Assembly: GCA_977030845.1 (NCBI GenBank)
Contig: OZ365112.1
Span: forward strand, 21,948,001 to 22,012,000
Length of the DNA: 64,000 nucleotides
Source of the DNA: Fimbriosthenelais zetlandica
Taxonomy: Eukaryota
Reading direction: 5' to 3'
The position numbers and the translations under genes were made by a program. The notes under the pieces were generated by a model that was not told the origin of the DNA, did not search any database, and saw only the letters and a program-made list of their open reading frames with translations. This document shows, one piece after another, positions 40,501 through 54,054 of this stretch (the first letter of the stretch is position 1; every line of letters starts with the position of its first letter).

Positions 40501-43286
40501 TTCAATATTGCCTTGTTAAGCTGTCGCCAAAATTGAGTCCGTGCTTTGTTACTTTGACTAACAGTATAATTGAATTAAATTGGGGTTCCTAGTTTCAAAT
40601 GAGAGTTGGCCACCAAGCGCTCGCTGATGTTATGCAACAAGGGGATTATGCGGTCTGAGAAGCTTGAGCGAACGACTTCAGCAATGTTTGAAAACTAGCA
40701 CCTCGTCCATGAATATCAGGAATTAAAACTATGGAATCAATGGTGAAATCAAGTCAATACCATCCACAAGACGAAAAAAAAATCTAAAATTCCCTCCACC
40801 TTCTTTTACTCATTTCACTTCAAGATTTCAACAGTGGTTCCACATATATGTTCAGAATATGAATTTAATGTATGATGTGAAGAATTACATATGGGGAAGC
40901 CTGACGACAATCTAATTTAAAGTACGCTACCAGTGAAGAATGTTTCCCTTCATATTAATTACAAGCATCACATTCTGGGTAATTTCGCTGCAGACGTTTA
41001 AGAGATAGATTTTGGCACAGGTTCATAGATCAGGCAAGTGGACTCTAGTTCCCAATGATTGGACATAATTAGCTTTGTATCTGCCAGGGTACCTTACCTT
41101 AAAACGATAATAGAGGTATTAATATAGTGAGCGTTCAAAGAGTAAGTATTAATCACATCTAATCATAATGACAAATTCCTCTATTGCACCGGAGGTCTGA
41201 GAGGGGCTCATCCTCTCCCACTCGTTCTCCGACTTGGATGCCATTTATAGAATTCTTATAATTATGTGTTCTTAAGTCCTGAAATATGAACAATTGTTTT
41301 TAAATTCTTAAGTCCCTTGCAAAATACAGATGTCTAAAATCGTCTACCTGTTACGATATGCGGTTTTTCTCTATATCAGGTTGTCAGTCGGCTGAACGAT
41401 ATGTGTTCATTTGAGTTCAGTAATTTTAGTCATACTTTCTACTTCAAGAAGCCAATGGGCTGGCGATTCCTGGGTGAGGTGGTGGGAAAAATAAGCCGAT
41501 CAATAAAGTGGTCCATTTTATGTTCAAATCTCTTGAGTAGCTCAGATTGAGTGATTATAAAATGGACAGAGAGGTCTTAAAACTCAGACATGCATGTGAC
41601 TCCTGTACGTTCATAAAATGATTGCCCGGGGACATGGTTTGCAACATCGAAACCAAATAAACATCCAACCAAAATAAACATGATTACTGAAAAGATGCTC
41701 AATATGCCCAAAAAAGGCACATAAACCAAGATAGCTTAACGTGTGATCTGAGCAAAAACCGAACAAAAAAAATCAAAGAAATTAATTAGTATTTAATCAG
41801 GTGCTGTGCTGATCATTTTGGACAAATTAGTGACGAAAACAGGGCATTTTAAGACTATTTAATTAGGAAATTTCCAGAATAAGGTCACCAACTTCCCCTC
41901 TTTGCATTGCTCTATATCTTGCAACCAATAGAATTCTGTTAAAAAACATTGGCATGATCCCGCAAAAATCATGTGTAACGTATGAAAATGAGGAAAAATA
42001 CTAATATAAAATATTAATAAAATGTCAGATGCCTTCCAGAAATACCCCACTTCTTTAAATTACAAAGTGGGCCCAATATTGGAGATGAAAGTCACCGCTG
42101 CCTACGGGCTCGATTGGCCTTTCTTTTCATTTGTATTCGTTCTATATACCCAACCCATGCAACATGTGATCAAAGGCCAACACAAATATATCCATGTTTC
42201 TACTTTCACATTTTCTACCGAGAATTATGCATTTGTGCCAGACCTCAACACACAATGCAGGAGAGCTGAAGATCTTTACTGCCCCAGGGCTGGGTATCAG
42301 AATGATAGTGGGATTAGAGAGTGGAGTAGTAGGTAGGGCTAAGGGGTGATTTGTTTTGTCTGATCACAGATGGATTGATGTTGGCGTATCATCTCTGAGT
42401 GGGGTATAATTAGCTGATGAAGGGCGGGGAGGAGGTATCAAAGGATGTTCACTCTCCATCTATATTGAGGGGCTGTGAGTAGAACATTTTTCATTGCCTT
42501 AGGAACACGTAATATTTCTAAGACATGAAATGAAAAATAATTTCACAGTTGATGGGAATATCTTTTTTTTTCATAGGACTGGCTTGATTTAACCACTGAT
42601 AGGCCATGGATACTAACAATTATAGCGCCTAAAAATAAGGCACTTTTGCTGCTGACTGCACTCTAAATATTTGAACATTTCTCAATGAATAAAACCACTT
42701 CTGATGGTAGGCAAAAGTAAGTTGCCTGTAGAAAGATCGCAGTTGATTTGCAGAACCAAATTGAAGTTGGCAAAGCGAGGGAGCTCAGGATTTTTACTTG
42801 TCTAATAATGGACAGAGCTAACATTCTTTGACAGGCTAAACTAGATATAGGACAAACATCAAAGACAGAAGAGTGAGTGGCGAATATATTGGGCAAGCCG
42901 AACTGCATGGATATATAAAGGACGGCTGTCGTGGAAGGAGTCTGATATGAGATGGAGCGTGAGTAAAGGTAGATGTGTCAAATATCTCAACTGATTGACA
43001 TGGACGAGAGTAGTGCGAGTGTGAGCCAGAGGAGGCAGTGATTCCATACAGTGCAATCTGTGACAGCACACTAATTCTCCCCTCTCACGTCTGCCACTAA
43101 AGCTATAGCTTTGAGCCCATTATAGCAGAGATAAGATTCTCTCGCTGGCATCCATCAGGTAGATAAGAGATAACGTCCAGGAGCGCCTCTAGTTCTACCA
43201 TTACTGCCAGAGTGGCAGACGCAACTATCTATGTCCTTCCCCAAAAATATCGAGGACACACGACCAAATAAATAGCTGTATAATAT

Positions 43287-43365
43287 AAATTTGTCAAGGA
43301 ATGACTTAAATAAGCCTACAGTCACCGAGTGAATGATGAAGCAATGGTGCATGGTCCCGTTTATG
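43287..43365 (-). mobile_element. Possible CR1/L2 LINE ORF2 C-terminal end
   Basis: TVGLFKSFLDKF (GLFKSFLDKF at 43316-43287) resembles the terminal FKxxLDKF motif. Upstream support is weak. Confidence 0.3.
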
Positions 43366-46300
43366 GCAGTGCTATCCATCCTTTTCAACAAACATTAAAA
43401 CTGTTGTCTTTGCAATAGTTGCATGGCAACCAACTGCTCACAATTTTGCAAAAAGGCAAGCATGTTTGTTCTTATTGTAAGAAAAGATGGAATGACTTAC
43501 GAGCTTAGGCAAAGTAATAGAAATTCCCAGTCGGTAAGTATGGCAATTAGAGTGGGAGAGAAATTTGAAAGGTCCTTTGCATGCACCACCCTCTGTTTAG
43601 GATATTTGATAAAGGCTTCTTTTCCGTATGTCACAAAGGAAATATAAAAGTAATTGCAGTATTCGGCCAGGAAAATGGAAATGCTGGCCTTTTTCCCTGA
43701 GAACAAAGCGTCAGGCACACTTTCGGAAATTGCTTTCAAATTTCAGACAAAGTAGTTAGAAAGAGACGAAATGAACTCCTGTTCTCCTTTGGAAATTGTC
43801 ATTGGGATTTGAAATTGAGATAAGAATTATCACAATATATAGGTTGGACACGTTTTGAGTCTTAATTTCCTAAGTTTCCTGTTGACCACAAGGTTTATGG
43901 AGCACTCGGCAACGAAATATAACATCAAAAATAGCTGAGATATTCTTAACAGCTTATCCCAAACAAAACATCACATGATTCCCAATAGGTGACATATGTC
44001 GTTAGCAAACAGTGCGTGCGCCAAAGCTTGCCACCATCCAACTATTACCCCAAACACGAACAACCAATACCTTTGTACACAGGAAAGTGTGTATAGCTGT
44101 ATAGGTTAGGTTTCATGCCTGTTACAAGCCCAAGTCTCTGTTACCTAAGTTCGCACTGTCTAGAACAAATAAAAGTTGCAGATCAATGGTGTGACCTGAT
44201 ATTCAAGGTGTCTGGTTGGCATCGCCATTTTTATAACAACAGATATGTGATAGTTTTTAAGCCAGATTTCTTTCCTAAGGCCACTCTACTTACAATGTAT
44301 GTCTAAGTACATATGTTTCTGGCGAAAGATTAATAATTAAATATTGTTTCTGGTGGTTAGATTAAGGAAGCAGCTTTAGAAAGTAGATGACTAGAAGGAT
44401 GTCTTCCCACACATAACTTTTTCGCTATAATGCTCCATTCACCTGTGTAGAGACGATCACACATTGCTCATGCCTTCAAGTCTGACATGCAAGAGTGAGA
44501 TTATCAGAGAGATTTGATCGTCTTCACCATATTAGCATGTACTAGATAGATGACACCTCTGTCGATTACCTTGAGATGGATGAGAAAAGAAAAAGGTGTT
44601 TCTCAGATGAAAAAAATCGTGAGAAATGAAGAATGTGGGAAGCAACGACAAGAGGATTATTCAGCTGATGAAGAGCCTGAAAATGCATTTCATTGCTGCA
44701 TTAAAAGGCATGAGGCAGAGAGTATTCTTGTACGTTGCACGCATTTCTAAAATGGGAAACGAGCAATTGTGTGGGGCAATGCATGGCGATGAATAACTCC
44801 ATTAATGGCAATTACCATAAAAGTGTGTGAAAATCCGGAAATAAAAGTAAAAGAACAAAGAACATCATATACCTCATACAGGAAAAGGTGTGTCATTGCA
44901 TCCAAAAGGAAACAGCAGTCGTAATGTATTCTAACTGATATCTGGCGGATGCTTTGAGCTACAGCTAGGAGGTGCCTTTATCATTGGACTTCAAAGATAA
45001 AAGTTTTCCCGCAGGAAGTTGAACATTTCAGAGCATTCATCAAATCTACGCCATAGTTACATTTCTGCTTTAATGCGAAACACAAAAACACACTGGCACA
45101 ATGTGCGGTTCTTCTGTTCTCAGAACAGATATTGTTCACAGGTGGAAGAGCAATGAAAGGAACTATCGGTGGTTCATTTGTCTAGGTATGCTTTTGTATT
45201 AAAAATAAATGTATGTTCTTTTGGCCGCCATACAATCACGACATATTCTTGGGGATAATTAAGTTTTATCGCCATTATAAATGCGCCTAATGGGGACCAT
45301 CCGTCAGTGTCAAGCACCATCTAATAGTATCCGAGAATATTTAATGGGATTAAATTGTTAGCAATGATGGAGAGTTAGACAGGTAGATATAATGAGTGAA
45401 ATGGATTCATCACTCCTGACTGCCTTTTTTGTGATTCTATTTTTGCCCGAAAACATGTTACGGATTGACCTGCTAAAGAAAGAAAATGATAAATGATTTC
45501 TACACTCTGTGCCCACGCATAATATTACGTAATTCAGGCATCAACTATAGACAAAATTTAATGAGTTCTCTAGTAAAACACGTTTACCTGCAAAACTGTT
45601 TAAAACCTGACTTTGGACACGGTCGTACACGGTTTTTGCAAGTACATTGCCACTGTTTTACTGCTACCGTTTTTGTCACTCAATTTTGTCTCTCCATGCC
45701 AACGTTCTGGACAGTAGCCTTCCATGAAGGTTGATAATTTTTCTACCACTAAACCCATACATGTGCACCTCTATTTTCCCTCGCTTTGCATGACCAGGGA
45801 TGCTGAGCATATTGCATGAGAATTGTACAACGAACAGGCCTTAAAATGAAGTGATTATCTTTGCTCAGAGAGAATAAATCTCATCCATCTATGTTAGGTC
45901 AAACCTCATGTACTGCCGCACCCATTAACTATACATGTCAGCTATAGAAGATGTATATCCCTTCCTCAGTTTCTGATTGATGTGTGTACTGTATGTACAC
46001 ATAAAAGACCACAACATGAAGGTTTTATGCAAATCTGCCACTGACTTAATTCGGGGTTCAAACCTCTATGACCTGCGGTACAAAAGGACTGGGCCTGTAT
46101 CACAAAGAACACTAGGTAGGACTATGCTAAGTCTATGGAAATTTGTTGTGCATAAATGGTCCCTAGATATCCTATAGAATTACAGGAAGCACTGAAAACC
46201 GTTGAAACTCAAAGTTCTCTGGGCTTTAAGTTGATATTCCCCAGGACAGATTCAATTAGAGCAACTTTTAGAAATGTTCACAAGCAGTAGGACATTTTAG

Positions 46301-47251
46301 TCTAGATGATGTAATGCAAATCATGTTGAGGGAGGAGGAGAACATGATAATGATAGTTCTTGTTAGCGCCTAACGAGGCGCTTAATGCAGGGTGCTGGGA
46401 GAAAGGCTGTGGCCATAAGAAAAGATAATTCTCTCTTGGAACAGAAAGGTCTGACTGATGCAATTTTGAATTAGGACAATCCCAAGTGTCACTGTAACTC
46501 ATTAAAGTGATAGTAATCTTATATTCTTAAGAGCATCAAACGAAGCGTTGAAGGCTAGAAGCATGCACTCGTTCATATTCATTAGATCCTTTTATATATA
46601 TACAGTTATCCATCTTCCTACACCTTTTTAGTCCATATCCTAAGCTTTCTCGGATGGATATGTTAGCGAGTTTTGACATGTCCCATGTGATTGATCTAAA
46701 GTATGATTTGTTATTTTATGTGAGAAGCGGTCCCTTTGCTCTTAGATTATAACCGCATACAACTTTTTAGCATCTCACAACTCTGGTTTATTTTCTCAAA
46801 AAGTACACCGTAGATGCAGAACGACAGCTGCAACCTGAAGGATTAAACGTTAGATTCATCGATGTTATTGGGCACTTTATCATATTTCAAGCATATGCTT
46901 CATTTATAACTTTAGATAATAATGTTAGACGCATTGGGTTGATTTGCATGTAATAAATATTGTAATGGAACATTCCATGTTCCAATCCCACCCCTATAGC
47001 CAATGGGCTCTTAGTTGTGCTATAACGTTTTTATATGTATTCATGCACATTTGTAAGACATAAAACCTGACTCCTATTAGCATAATGCCATTTCGACACC
47101 AGGATATGTGATAATGCAGTATTTGCAATATAACATCACGTTTACATGCGTTTAGAAACATGTAATTTTAAATAATGCGGGTGTGATAGTTATTAGAGCC
47201 ATACATCATGTGAAATAATCATTCGAAGGTGGCATTATATAATTGACTTGC

Positions 47252-47564
47252 CTGTATAGATGTTGTTGAGTAAGGTGATTGGCAGATTAATGATGGACAC
47301 TGTGATATCCGCTATGGCCAAATTAGCCAGGAAATAATTGGTGACATTTCTCATCTGTGGCACCCTGTATATGACAGCCACGACCAGGCTATTGTTAATG
47401 ATTGCGAGGAGGAACACAAGTGTATAGGCTACAGATAGAAGAACGATCATGACCATGGTTTGCTTCACCAGGGGCAAGTCTTTGGACTCTTCATCTCCAC
47501 TGTCTGAGAGGCCCACGCCGTCCGCACTCAGATCCCCACCCATGGTGGTATTGTATCCGGCCAT
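47252..47564 (-). CDS. SIFaR: Neuropeptide GPCR (SIFamide/NPFF receptor-like), first coding exon: N-terminus, TM1, ICL1, TM2
   Basis: Translates MAGYNTT...AYTLVFLLAIINNSLVVAVIYRVPQMRNVTNYFLANLAIADITVSIINLPITLLNNIYT. Shows an N-glycosylation sequon (NTT), hydrophobic TM1, the MRxVTNYFLxNLAxAD class A TM2 motif and good start context (AAGG-ATG-G). Length is 313 nt = 104 codons + 1 nt, ending at CAG|GCAAGT. The class A GPCR call is near certain; the SIFaR/NPFFR subfamily is from motif recognition only. Confidence 0.9.
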
Positions 47565-47679
47565 CCTTGATGCTCCTTTTATTTTCAGAGAACTAAAGTA
47601 TGCAATCCGTCCTCAAAAAGCTTCAAACAAGTTCTTATTTCTTGTTAATCAATTCTTCAAAGCATACCCCATGGCATGA
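47565..47679 (-). promoter_or_regulatory. Probable 5' UTR part of the first coding exon, with two short overlapping uORFs
   Basis: Acceptor-like GATTTCCTCTACAG at 47693-47680. uORFs MPWGML* (47677-47657) and MGYALKN* (47672-47649). Inclusion in the mRNA is inferred, not shown. Confidence 0.35.
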
Positions 47680-50600
47680 CTGTAGAGGAAATCCTATTCC
47701 AAATCATTTTCAGCGAGTCGCCAGGTTCCTCTGATGTTTTCAGTAGCTCTTATTGCTGTTGCTCATTCAAAGTTCAGTTGAGATATTGCAAGAACAATAG
47801 TCCACTGACAAAAACTTATTGTTGGGAGAATTAGTCCCTTTAATTATGGATTCTATATGGTACCGCTGCAAAATATGTTTAGGTGTTGAAGACTAAGGAG
47901 CATGGGAGGAGAGGGAAATGGCAGGAGTAACTTAGGGGGAATGGATGGCACTGTCTCTGAGAAGGCTGAAATAGATGCTTTATCCCTCCTGGTTTGGAGA
48001 TATCACCCCTGCTGTTTGACCATATGTTTCCTCCAGTGAATTGATGGGACAAGTCTAAAGGGACATCCAACAATTCCTTTGGGGCGTCCTTCAAGATGGT
48101 CCGACTCCCACCTCAAGTAGTAATCCCCATACTCAATGTTCCTCCTTCTTTTGTCGATTCAAGTCCAAGTCGCTGGCACAGATGGAGGTTGGCGCAAGAC
48201 CTTCTGGAATGGCTCTTTTCGTGGTGGTCCTTGCTTATGAACGATTGCTGGGACTGCTCCTGCGGCTGTTGTGGTTACTCTTCATGCACCCAATAGTTAA
48301 TCAGAAAACTAACAGATCGTTCACGTATTTCCAAATTCCATTGAATTCCATATTTAAACATCAGATATATAGTCAAGTTTTCAATAGTATTTAAACAAAT
48401 TCCAGATGGCACTTTCATATAAAGGAAATCCAGAATGTTCCGTGTGTTAATGAAACCACTAGGGCTTTCATGAACTCATTTCATCATTGCACTTTCATCA
48501 TTGCGTTGGCAATGCATAAATGTACATCTGCATATTAATATGCAGAATAATGCAGAAAACAACAAGCGTAGATATGAATATATACGACCTAAATGTTTAC
48601 TACCTTGAAGTTAGGAAGAAAGTAAATTCATCCAAATCCTGTTTTCACTGTGTCTTCTGGGTTAACACCAGACCCTTGACTTTGTTTATGTCCATTACAT
48701 AACAAGTACTTCCAGCTTTGGGATTATGAGCAATTGGTATGAGGGAACCGAAAGCTCTCCAATGGGTTTACCCTAGATGATTTAAAGATTTATGTGGCTT
48801 ATATTATAGGCCTAAGTCCATAATGGTGTTGATAGAGATGTAATTGAGCATACATCTCATGCAATATTGACGTGAACACAGGTCTGTAATTCCGATGTAG
48901 ATTCACAGAAAGTTGTGATCTTTGAGGCTGTTTGACGCCCGAGGTCGGCTGACCATTTGTGGGGGGTCGGCTGGTGGTGTGTGGGTATATATGGATTGGG
49001 CCTCACAGGTGTGGTGGATTGGCTGGCGCTTCTAGCACTGGCGGAAAGACTGCTTACTGGTTGAGGAGCAGGAGGGGAGCGGGAGCAGGAGGAGCAGGGA
49101 CAGCCTTGCAAATCCGGTCCTCCTGTGGAAGGTGAGTAATGGAGAGAAAGGATAAAAGAGCTCGGCATGACTTGAGAAGTCTTCATGAGCCTAGCGTAGG
49201 TACCGTATGTAGAGTCTATTAAACCTACATATCATCACACGCGGATCCGGCGGTTTGGAAAGTTGGGGGAAGGGGAGTTCAGTGGTCAAAAATAACTCTG
49301 TAAGGAAGGTACCTGTCCTCTTCACCTCCCCTCCTATATCGCCCAATTCTATGGGAATAAGGTCAGTTGATATAGGCGATAAAACATGATAACCCGGCCC
49401 GAGGGTCCCAGTCCAGGCTATATATAAAGGTTAATTCTGTCACTGATTTGTGCGCATGTTCACAGTTTCATATTTGTCGTTGAATATTTTAACAACATTA
49501 TTTTCGCTCTTCTTGAAATCTTTGTAAAAACAATGCAAACACGGGATATTTGAAATTATATCTCTTCGTATTAGCTTACAAATTTCCAATGTGTCACTTG
49601 TTCAAATTCAAGATTATTTGTCAGCTTCATGGTTTTGTTAAAAGTGTTTTTCATTAGCAAGCTATTCATTTACATATGTATATAAATATGGTAGCGTATC
49701 CAGTGTCATCATGAGATCTTTAATATGATTTCAATGTATTTCTGTTCAAGCAGAATTCCCAAGATAACAACTTTCTACAGTGCTAACTGACACTGTAAAT
49801 GTAATGGATTTCTATATTCATATATAGTTGATGTGGAACCCCACTTTTGTGTCATTATAAATTGTCCTGAAGGACCCTTGCATATGTGTACCTCTTATAG
49901 CCTTTGTGCGGGGATGCCACAAAATGTTCTGCAATGAATATTGCAGTAGAAGAGATTTTTTTACCATATAACATTCCGCTCGTCACTCTTCCAGCCCTAC
50001 GAGAGACACACCATTGTGATATGTATGGGGTCTGAATGCTGCTATACGCAGCCACTTTATCCGTCTAATTGTGAAACCTCCACAGACCCCATGTCCTTTA
50101 ATACATGATTTGTGTCTGGCACCCAATCCGTCACTATACTATTGTTGGCTGTGAGGTATCCCCCGCATTGCATGTAATAATTGGCACCAATTAGAAGAAA
50201 CTTGTGTACGTGATACCTCATACAAGTTCAGGAAACCATTCAGTATCAATGAGGAACCTGAAGGCATTTTGTCATCCACAACTTCCCATCATAACTCGTA
50301 TTTCCTCCACCAGGGGGTCGCGCCTGCTGGTCCTAAAACTCACTTGTCAAGGACATCAGTCTCGTGCCCCGTGAGAAAAACCACGTGACTTTTTGTGACT
50401 ACCCGCCCAGCACCTTTTCCTCCTCGTTCTTAAAATAGTTTGGACAAAATTGTCAGGCTATTCTAGTCAGTCGTGCGTTTCCATTTCAATAATTGGTTTT
50501 AGTATCTACCTTGGGATATTATAGGAGGTATATGTCCCACAGGGCTGACGCACTTTACCATTTCAAAGATTTTCGAAATGTTTCAGACATAATATGAAAA

Positions 50601-53294
50601 GTCATCCTAATAAGCAATGATAAACTTCGTGAGCCAACCTTTTAATATGGTATGGTATCCGGCCTTTGAAATTTGCCCAGCAAATTGATATGAAATGGTG
50701 ATGTCTGGCTGGACAAAAGGACAATACATGGCGGTTTGTTCCTCATCAAATTATCCAGGAGCACACCCTGCATGATCCGCGGCAACATCCCTGGAATGAT
50801 CCACGGCAAGTCATTGGTATTCTCCTCAACACTTCCCAATGAAGCCATGGCAATATGATAGGACATGCAACAATGTTTGACTGGCTCTTTAGCCTTGTAA
50901 ATGAATGAGGCTACATTACCTGAGTAGAGGACACGCAGCACGAAAAAAAGTTACTCTATATAGGGTGGGCTTTGAATGGCGTCAGGGATAATGGTAGATA
51001 GACTTCTATGGTCTAGCCTCCAGTCTGGTTCTGTATTGGATTCACTAATATCTACTGCTACAAATCTCTCCATAAGCAGATGGCTTATTTGAGCATCATT
51101 TTGGCAAGTTAGATCAGTCAAACATCCGATTGACTTTCTAAACTACTTATTCAATGAAACCCATAACCCATAACAGGTTTCTGATTGTTTCAATTCAATT
51201 TTCAATTTGGTTGATTAAATTCTCTAATGCCTATCTCTCATGATAAGACTATTCCAATTGCCTTTTCCCTCGATCTGCATGTTTGGTACACTGTCTTACC
51301 GAACCTATTCTTGGCATTAAGCTTTTAAATACTTGAAGTGTCTCTTATAAAGTGAAAACCGGTCTATCTATAGAAAAGGTGAAGGAAAATGGGCTTTGCC
51401 TGTGGAATCCAGGTAGGCTTTCAATTGCCACATGTCTCTAACTTTCCAGTACTTTCTATGAGGCTATATAGAGTAGATTTCCTCGTGAATTGTTAATGTA
51501 TGAATTAAATGGTTAAATTCTACTTTTGGAAGACTGTACGTCTGGTAAGAATGGGAAAGGAAATTGCTTGGAAGATTAAAGGACAATAAGGTCTAACGTT
51601 CTTTAACAATCTTTTTAAGTGTGCTTTAACATAGCATGGGACTGTTCCAAACCAAAACTACCTGACTAATGGACAGTGTTACAAAGCAAATAACATACAA
51701 ATGAAATGGCCATTGAACATACCTCCAGAATCAGCATTGGTAAGCGAAAGTAAATCCTGCTAAACAAAAATTGGCCAGTAGTCATGAAAGTCATCTTGCA
51801 ACAACGTGAACTGTCCTTTTGATTTTTCTGACTGCCAGGAATGTGGCCCGACATTGTGCAGCTTAATTTCAAAGGTTAGCTCTGATGTTTAAAACAACCT
51901 TCATTTTAGATGAGCGAAGGCTACACTTCAAAGGTCATTGAGTGACCTTCCCTTTCTCTAACTTTGTCAAATAAGCTCAATTTATATTCCAACGAGCGTT
52001 TAAATAATTTCAAATAGAAATGATTGCCGTGCTTGCATCAACATTCAAGTGCATCATGCATAATGACTCACCTGATGCATTTGTCTATACCATAATGCTG
52101 AGCAGAGAAGCGTGATGTTAACAAATTGAGGCGTCCAATAAAAATTTAATGTTCGGGAAACATGTGAAATTACTTAATGCATCTATTGATTACTGTATTT
52201 ATCCCCATGAGTGGAGCGATGGAAGACAAATTATGCATGGCAAGGACACAATTTATCCTTTAAAAAAATTGGTTTGCTGGCAGGGCCTGGGAGCCCTCGT
52301 GGCAAGTAAATGCTTCGATAATAGTTATGAAAAAAATGTTAGCAGACGCTGCCAGCCTTGCTATTACACTGATTGGTGAGGATTTTATGTAAGCTTAGTT
52401 TAGTGCCTCATTACCATGCTCTTTGAGATGGAAAATCGATATTTCTAAGTCAGACCTCAGCCTCACCGATTGGTGACCCTCTTCCACTGAGTACCTCATG
52501 TTGCTTGATAAATATATTATATTAGCATGAGCACCTGATTACACCTCATCATTGTATTATGATGTTTGGTGATATGGCTGCTTCCTTACCCTACATACCA
52601 GCTAACATGTGAAATGCATCAATCATACATTTTATGCAACACTCCCTCTATATCTGTTTCCATGACAGCTCTTTGCCAGCTACTTATGAAGGCGATGAAT
52701 AATTCCTTGTCATGAGATATGGGTTCGGGGTTTATAGATAAATAGTCTTACAGCTCCCATATTGACAACGTCACGACGCCAGAGGATCCACGACCTGTTT
52801 GCCCTGTTATATTACACCATCCTGATGTCGTCATGGTTACCAGGCCATCCTTATGCTCATTGTACAGTGTTTTGCTTGTCCATCCTATGCCCTCCCACTT
52901 TCCCTCTGCACTCTGAGTTGATCGTGTTATTCAGTCCTAGAGAATACGGACAGAATACAGCGACCTCCACGTGTAAACTTAATTTGAATCGCATGGTTTC
53001 AGATGACACTCATTCTTTCAGTAGCTTTCGTCGAATCATGAGATATTGATGTGAGAGGCACAAGTTATCGGGTACGAGATCATAAGCTGGGGTGAACAAA
53101 TTAAAGGACCATTAGCTGTGGTGTTTTCCTAAGGGGCAGCCCATTATAATTGTCCATAGCCTGGCATTCCTTAATGTAGGCAAACGAAAATCTATACCAA
53201 TCCTGGTAGAGAACATCACATCTAGCAATATTTACCTATAATTTAAATTTTCATTGATATTTGCATGATGCAGGTACTATCGAGTATGCCCGTG

Positions 53295-53490
53295 CAGAAA
53301 TTCATTTCGCATGGGGGTGAAATAAGTCTGTCTTCTTTTATATCAGATTCAGTATTTTGTTCACCTGCAATTCTAAAAAACGAATTACTCAATGAAAACT
53401 CCCGACCGAGAGAGTCATTTTTTGCAGTGGGAGGTATATTTCAAATGTTGGCTGAGAATAAAGGAAGTGCTGTGTGTTTTTAAATTCCAC
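53295..53490 (+). mobile_element. Possible ISL2EU/Harbinger-type DDE transposase relic
   Basis: KFISHGGEISLSSFISD...LL...RPRESFFAVGGIF...F*IP loosely follows PxGxIxFxS...SD...PGDxVxADRGF...LxIP. The catalytic Asp is not preserved. Confidence 0.25.
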
Positions 53491-54054
53491 ACAGTAGCAA
53501 CTTCCCGATCATTAAGGGCATGTATAATGTAACCTATGTCGCGAACAGAGAATAATGTCGCTGCAGTCCTAAGTGGATTTCGGTGAGAAGTGCTTTTAGC
53601 ATGGGGAGAATGTGAAATGAGCCACCTGTACAAATTCTTTCAGTAAGAAAAAGGCCTACACCTAGGACTTTGAAAACTGGTAAAACAATGTTATATTTTG
53701 TAAGCAGTTTTCAGGTGAATGTGTATACATGTACCTGCATTGAAATATCGATGACTCCCTCGTATATTGATTATAATTATACAGTCTAGGAGAAACATGA
53801 CATAGTGTATGTAACTGAAGTTCGCCTGGCAATAGGGAGCTAAGCTTTGTATAAACATCCCAGAAAAATCTGAATAATACGCCACATTTTCCTTCCTAGA
53901 TCACACGCCAGAGAAGGTGGTTAAAGCTCGATAGCGCTCGGATTGGTATGTACCTTTTATACTTTTTGCACGAATGATTGTCTCTCCTTCCATATTATGA
54001 TCGAATAGGCCTAGTTGCGCAGAAGTAGGGCGTAATAGGTATAGAAAATAATCT

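Larger units (their letters stand above)
614..47251 (-). other. 46,638-bp GC-AG intron of the GPCR
   Basis: Joining 47252 to 613 gives the uninterrupted NNIYT-E-WIFG expected between TM2 and ECL1. An in-frame stop (47237-47235) follows the donor within 5 codons, and the only intervening GT gives a frameshift. Confidence 0.85.

Noticed and set aside
44665-44703. Hammerhead-like string CTGATGA-AG-AGC-CT-GAAA-ATGCA...TGCAT-TA with a good stem III
   Set aside because: Stem I cannot form (G before the core faces A after the cleavage site, and the flanks do not pair) and stem II is only 2 bp; probably chance.
45583-45596. Recursive-splice (AG|GT) site GTTTTGCAG|GTAAAC on minus
   Set aside because: Short pyrimidine tract, weak donor, and only about 1.7 kb from the intron start; not distinguishable from chance.
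47235-47251. C-terminal GKSII* of the supplied 109-aa ORF
   Set aside because: Intronic read-through past the GC donor, not part of the spliced receptor.
48857-49186. Pro/Ser-rich 109-aa minus-strand ORF (and the Gln/Ser-rich frame at about 47880-48290)
   Set aside because: Low-complexity with no recognisable domain or clear splice boundaries; at most TE-derived.
49325-49390. Twister-ribozyme-like look on minus (UCCC loop, terminal GGAGGG)
   Set aside because: Lacks the UAA cleavage loop, the GCC junction and the CCGG-type P4 stem.
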